Assembly: GCF_002945325.1 (NCBI RefSeq)
Contig: NZ_CP026606.1
Location: 1,470,001 to 1,502,000 of the forward strand
DNA: 32,000 nt
Direction of reading: 5' to 3'
Source: Methanococcus maripaludis
GTDB taxonomy: Archaea > AGJL01 > Methanococci > Methanococcales > Methanococcaceae
Shown: one piece after another, positions 30,165-32,000 of the stretch
Layout of the letters: the number at the start of each line of letters is the position of its first letter
How positions within the stretch are numbered: position 1 is the first letter of the stretch
The notes under the pieces: model-generated
The model's input: only the letters and a program-made list of their open reading frames with translations
What the model was told of the DNA's origin: nothing
The model's database searches: none
Program-made: the position numbers and the translations under genes

Positions 30165-31475
30165 TTACAAAAGATGGTTTGGAACGATATCTTTTGAAAT
30201 CAAATCCGCAAGGGTTTCTCTTGCTCTGATTAATGAAACTTCTTTTTCACTTGTAAGAATCATTGCAGGTTTTCCTCTCGAATTGTAGTTGTTTGCCATA
30301 CTGATTCCGTATGCTCCAACATCCAAAATTGCAACAGTATCTTTTACTTCCATTTTTGGAAGTTCTCTATCTTTTCCAAATACGTCAGAACTCTCACAAA
30401 GTCCTCCTGCAACGCTTACGACTTCTTTTTCAGCCCTTATTGTACAAGGTGTAATTTCGTGGTATGCTTCATAGATTGCAGGTCTCATCATGTCGTTCAT
30501 TCCAGCATCAATCATCACCCATTTTGCAACAGGTGTTTCTTTAACGTGTTCGACAGTTCCAAGTAAAACTCCTGCGGTTGCAACTAAACTTCTTCCAGGT
30601 TCTAAAATAAGGTTTGGAAGTTCGATTTTTCCTTCATATTCATAAATTACATCGAGAATTGCTTTTGAGAGGTCTTTTTGAACAGGAATTTTTGTATTTT
30701 TATCATATGGAATTCCAAGGCCTCCACCTAAGTTTACATCTCTTATTTTAATTCCTTCGTTTTTAAGTAAAACTACGAAATCCATGATTTTCCTTGCTTC
30801 TTCAACGAATGGGCTGATGTACGTTAATTGTGAACCAATGTGGCAGTGAATTCCAACAATTTTCACGTTTTCCATTTTTTCTGCCATTTTAATAGTTTCA
30901 AGTGCAATTCCACTTTCAATGTCGAGCCCGAATTTGTTCTTTTTCATTCCTGTTGAAATTTTAGGGTGTGTTTTTGCATCAACGTTTGGATTTACTCTAA
31001 ATGCAACATTTGCAATTTTTCCCATTTCTTTTGCAGTTTCATTAATTAAAACGAGTTCGCTGATGCTGTCAACGTTAAATGCTCTTATTTCAGCTTCAAT
31101 TCCCATTTTAATTTCTTCTTTTAATTTACAGTTTCCGTTAAATACAATTTTTTCGGAAGGAACGTCTGAAAGTTTTGCAATGTACAATTCCCCTGCACTC
31201 ACAATGTCTGCACCGCATCCAAGTTTCGAGAGGAGTCTTGTTACAGCAAGGTTCGTGTTTGCTTTGTATGCAAATGAGATTATGAATTCTTTTCCGGTTT
31301 TTTCAGAGTATTCTTTAAATGATTCCACGTATCTTGTAAAGTTTTTAACTGTTTGGGTTTCACTCATAACGTAGAGTGGCGTTCCGTAAGTACTGGCAAG
31401 TTTGCTTGCATCGTGCCCGTCAATTTTTAAGTTTCCGCCGTCAACGGTAATCATTTCGTTCCCCAAGAATTCCAT
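30165..31475 (-). CDS. lysA: Diaminopimelate decarboxylase
   Basis: YGTPLYVMSETQTVKNF, ISFAYKANTNLAVTRLLSKLGCGADIVSAGEL, GIHCHIGSQLT, LEPGRSLVATAG, GGLCESSDVFGKDREL; GGTGA RBS. Confidence 0.96.
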   Translation of the reverse strand: MEFLGNEMITVDGGNLKIDGHDASKLASTYGTPLYVMSETQTVKNFTRYVESFKEYSEKTGKEFIISFAYKANTNLAVTRLLSKLGCGADIVSAGELYIAKLSDVPSEKIVFNGNCKLKEEIKMGIEAEIRAFNVDSISELVLINETAKEMGKIANVAFRVNPNVDAKTHPKISTGMKKNKFGLDIESGIALETIKMAEKMENVKIVGIHCHIGSQLTYISPFVEEARKIMDFVVLLKNEGIKIRDVNLGGGLGIPYDKNTKIPVQKDLSKAILDVIYEYEGKIELPNLILEPGRSLVATAGVLLGTVEHVKETPVAKWVMIDAGMNDMMRPAIYEAYHEITPCTIRAEKEVVSVAGGLCESSDVFGKDRELPKMEVKDTVAILDVGAYGISMANNYNSRGKPAMILTSEKEVSLIRARETLADLISKDIVPNHLL

Positions 31476-31611
31476 GGTTTCACCATAAGTTGTTTTTTCA
31501 TCATAAGCAGTAATATTATTTAAATATGTCGATAAAATAAGATATATAACTCATCCTTTAATTAATATCTCGTTAAAAAAAGCTCTATCAAAAAAGATTT
31601 TTATAAAGTAA

Positions 31612-32000
31612 TTATTTTAAATTTCTAACGTATTCTGGAGTTGTAACATTTTTTGGAATATTGTGGTGGAATTCACGTCCCAGTTCAAATATTTTGAGGC
31701 ATCTATCTCCAAACCTTTCAACATCTTTTAAAAACATTCCAAATTGTATAAACTGGTTAATATCTTTCAAATTTTCATCAGGATGTTCTGCAATTTTTTC
31801 CATCATCGTATCCAGTTTTTTATGGAGGTTACCTTCTAACTCGTAAATTTCTGTTTCAATCGTTTTACTTTTGACCATATTCATTGCATGAGCAAACATT
31901 TTTGAAATTATCTCTTTTATTTCAAAAACTTCCTTTTTTATTGCAGGGTCAACCAAAAGTCCATTTACGACTTCTTCTGCAATATTTGACAGGTAATCCC
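31612..32000 (-). CDS. PhoU-like protein, 5' end cut by window edge
   Basis: Frame stays open from TTG 31956 to the edge (...DYLSNIAEEVVNGLLVDPAIKKEVFEIKEIISKMFAHAMNMV...DVERFGDRCLKIFELG), a PhoU helical repeat pattern. The true start lies outside the window. Confidence 0.75.
   Translation of the reverse strand, partial: DYLSNIAEEVVNGLLVDPAIKKEVFEIKEIISKMFAHAMNMVKSKTIETEIYELEGNLHKKLDTMMEKIAEHPDENLKDINQFIQFGMFLKDVERFGDRCLKIFELGREFHHNIPKNVTTPEYVRNLK

Noticed and set aside
30097-30288. 63-aa plus-strand ORF
   Set aside because: TTG start without RBS and most of it is antisense to the lysA 3' end; likely a spurious frame.
30919-31374. 151-aa plus-strand ORF
   Set aside because: Fully antisense inside lysA; composition typical of a shadow frame of AT-rich coding DNA.

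Overview
AT-rich archaeal chromosomal segment, almost certainly Methanococcus (closest recalled match M. maripaludis). This is inferred from protein content and GGTG/GAGG-type ribosome-binding sites, not from a database search. The window is densely packed with mostly housekeeping and methanogen-core genes. They include two orphan amino-acid-binding lipoproteins, methanogenesis marker 14, RadA, a compact alpha-glucan phosphorylase-like GT-B protein, an XPD/Rad3-type helicase, and an LOR/SDH-type ornithine cyclodeaminase family protein. Also present are HisC, a DUF35/thiolase/HMG-CoA synthase cluster with an upstream HTH regulator, a NurA-like protein, aIF2-gamma, S6e, GlnA, AroA, a prolidase-type peptidase, a TrmO-like protein, an SNase-domain lipoprotein, LysA and a partial PhoU-like gene. 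Four to five cobamide-pathway genes (cbiE, cbiT, cbiP/cobQ, cbiD) are dispersed among them. I found no CRISPR array, mobile element, tRNA/rRNA or convincing novel defence system. The best second-look items are: (1) the glucan phosphorylase homologue has Thr where the PLP-binding Lys is expected; (2) operator-like palindromes lie in the promoters of the HTH regulator and HMG-CoA synthase; (3) an unlisted 30-aa membrane microprotein ORF with an RBS sits at 30012-30104; (4) the XPD-like helicase has eight cysteines in its FeS region; (5) marker 14 carries ASKHA-like motifs.
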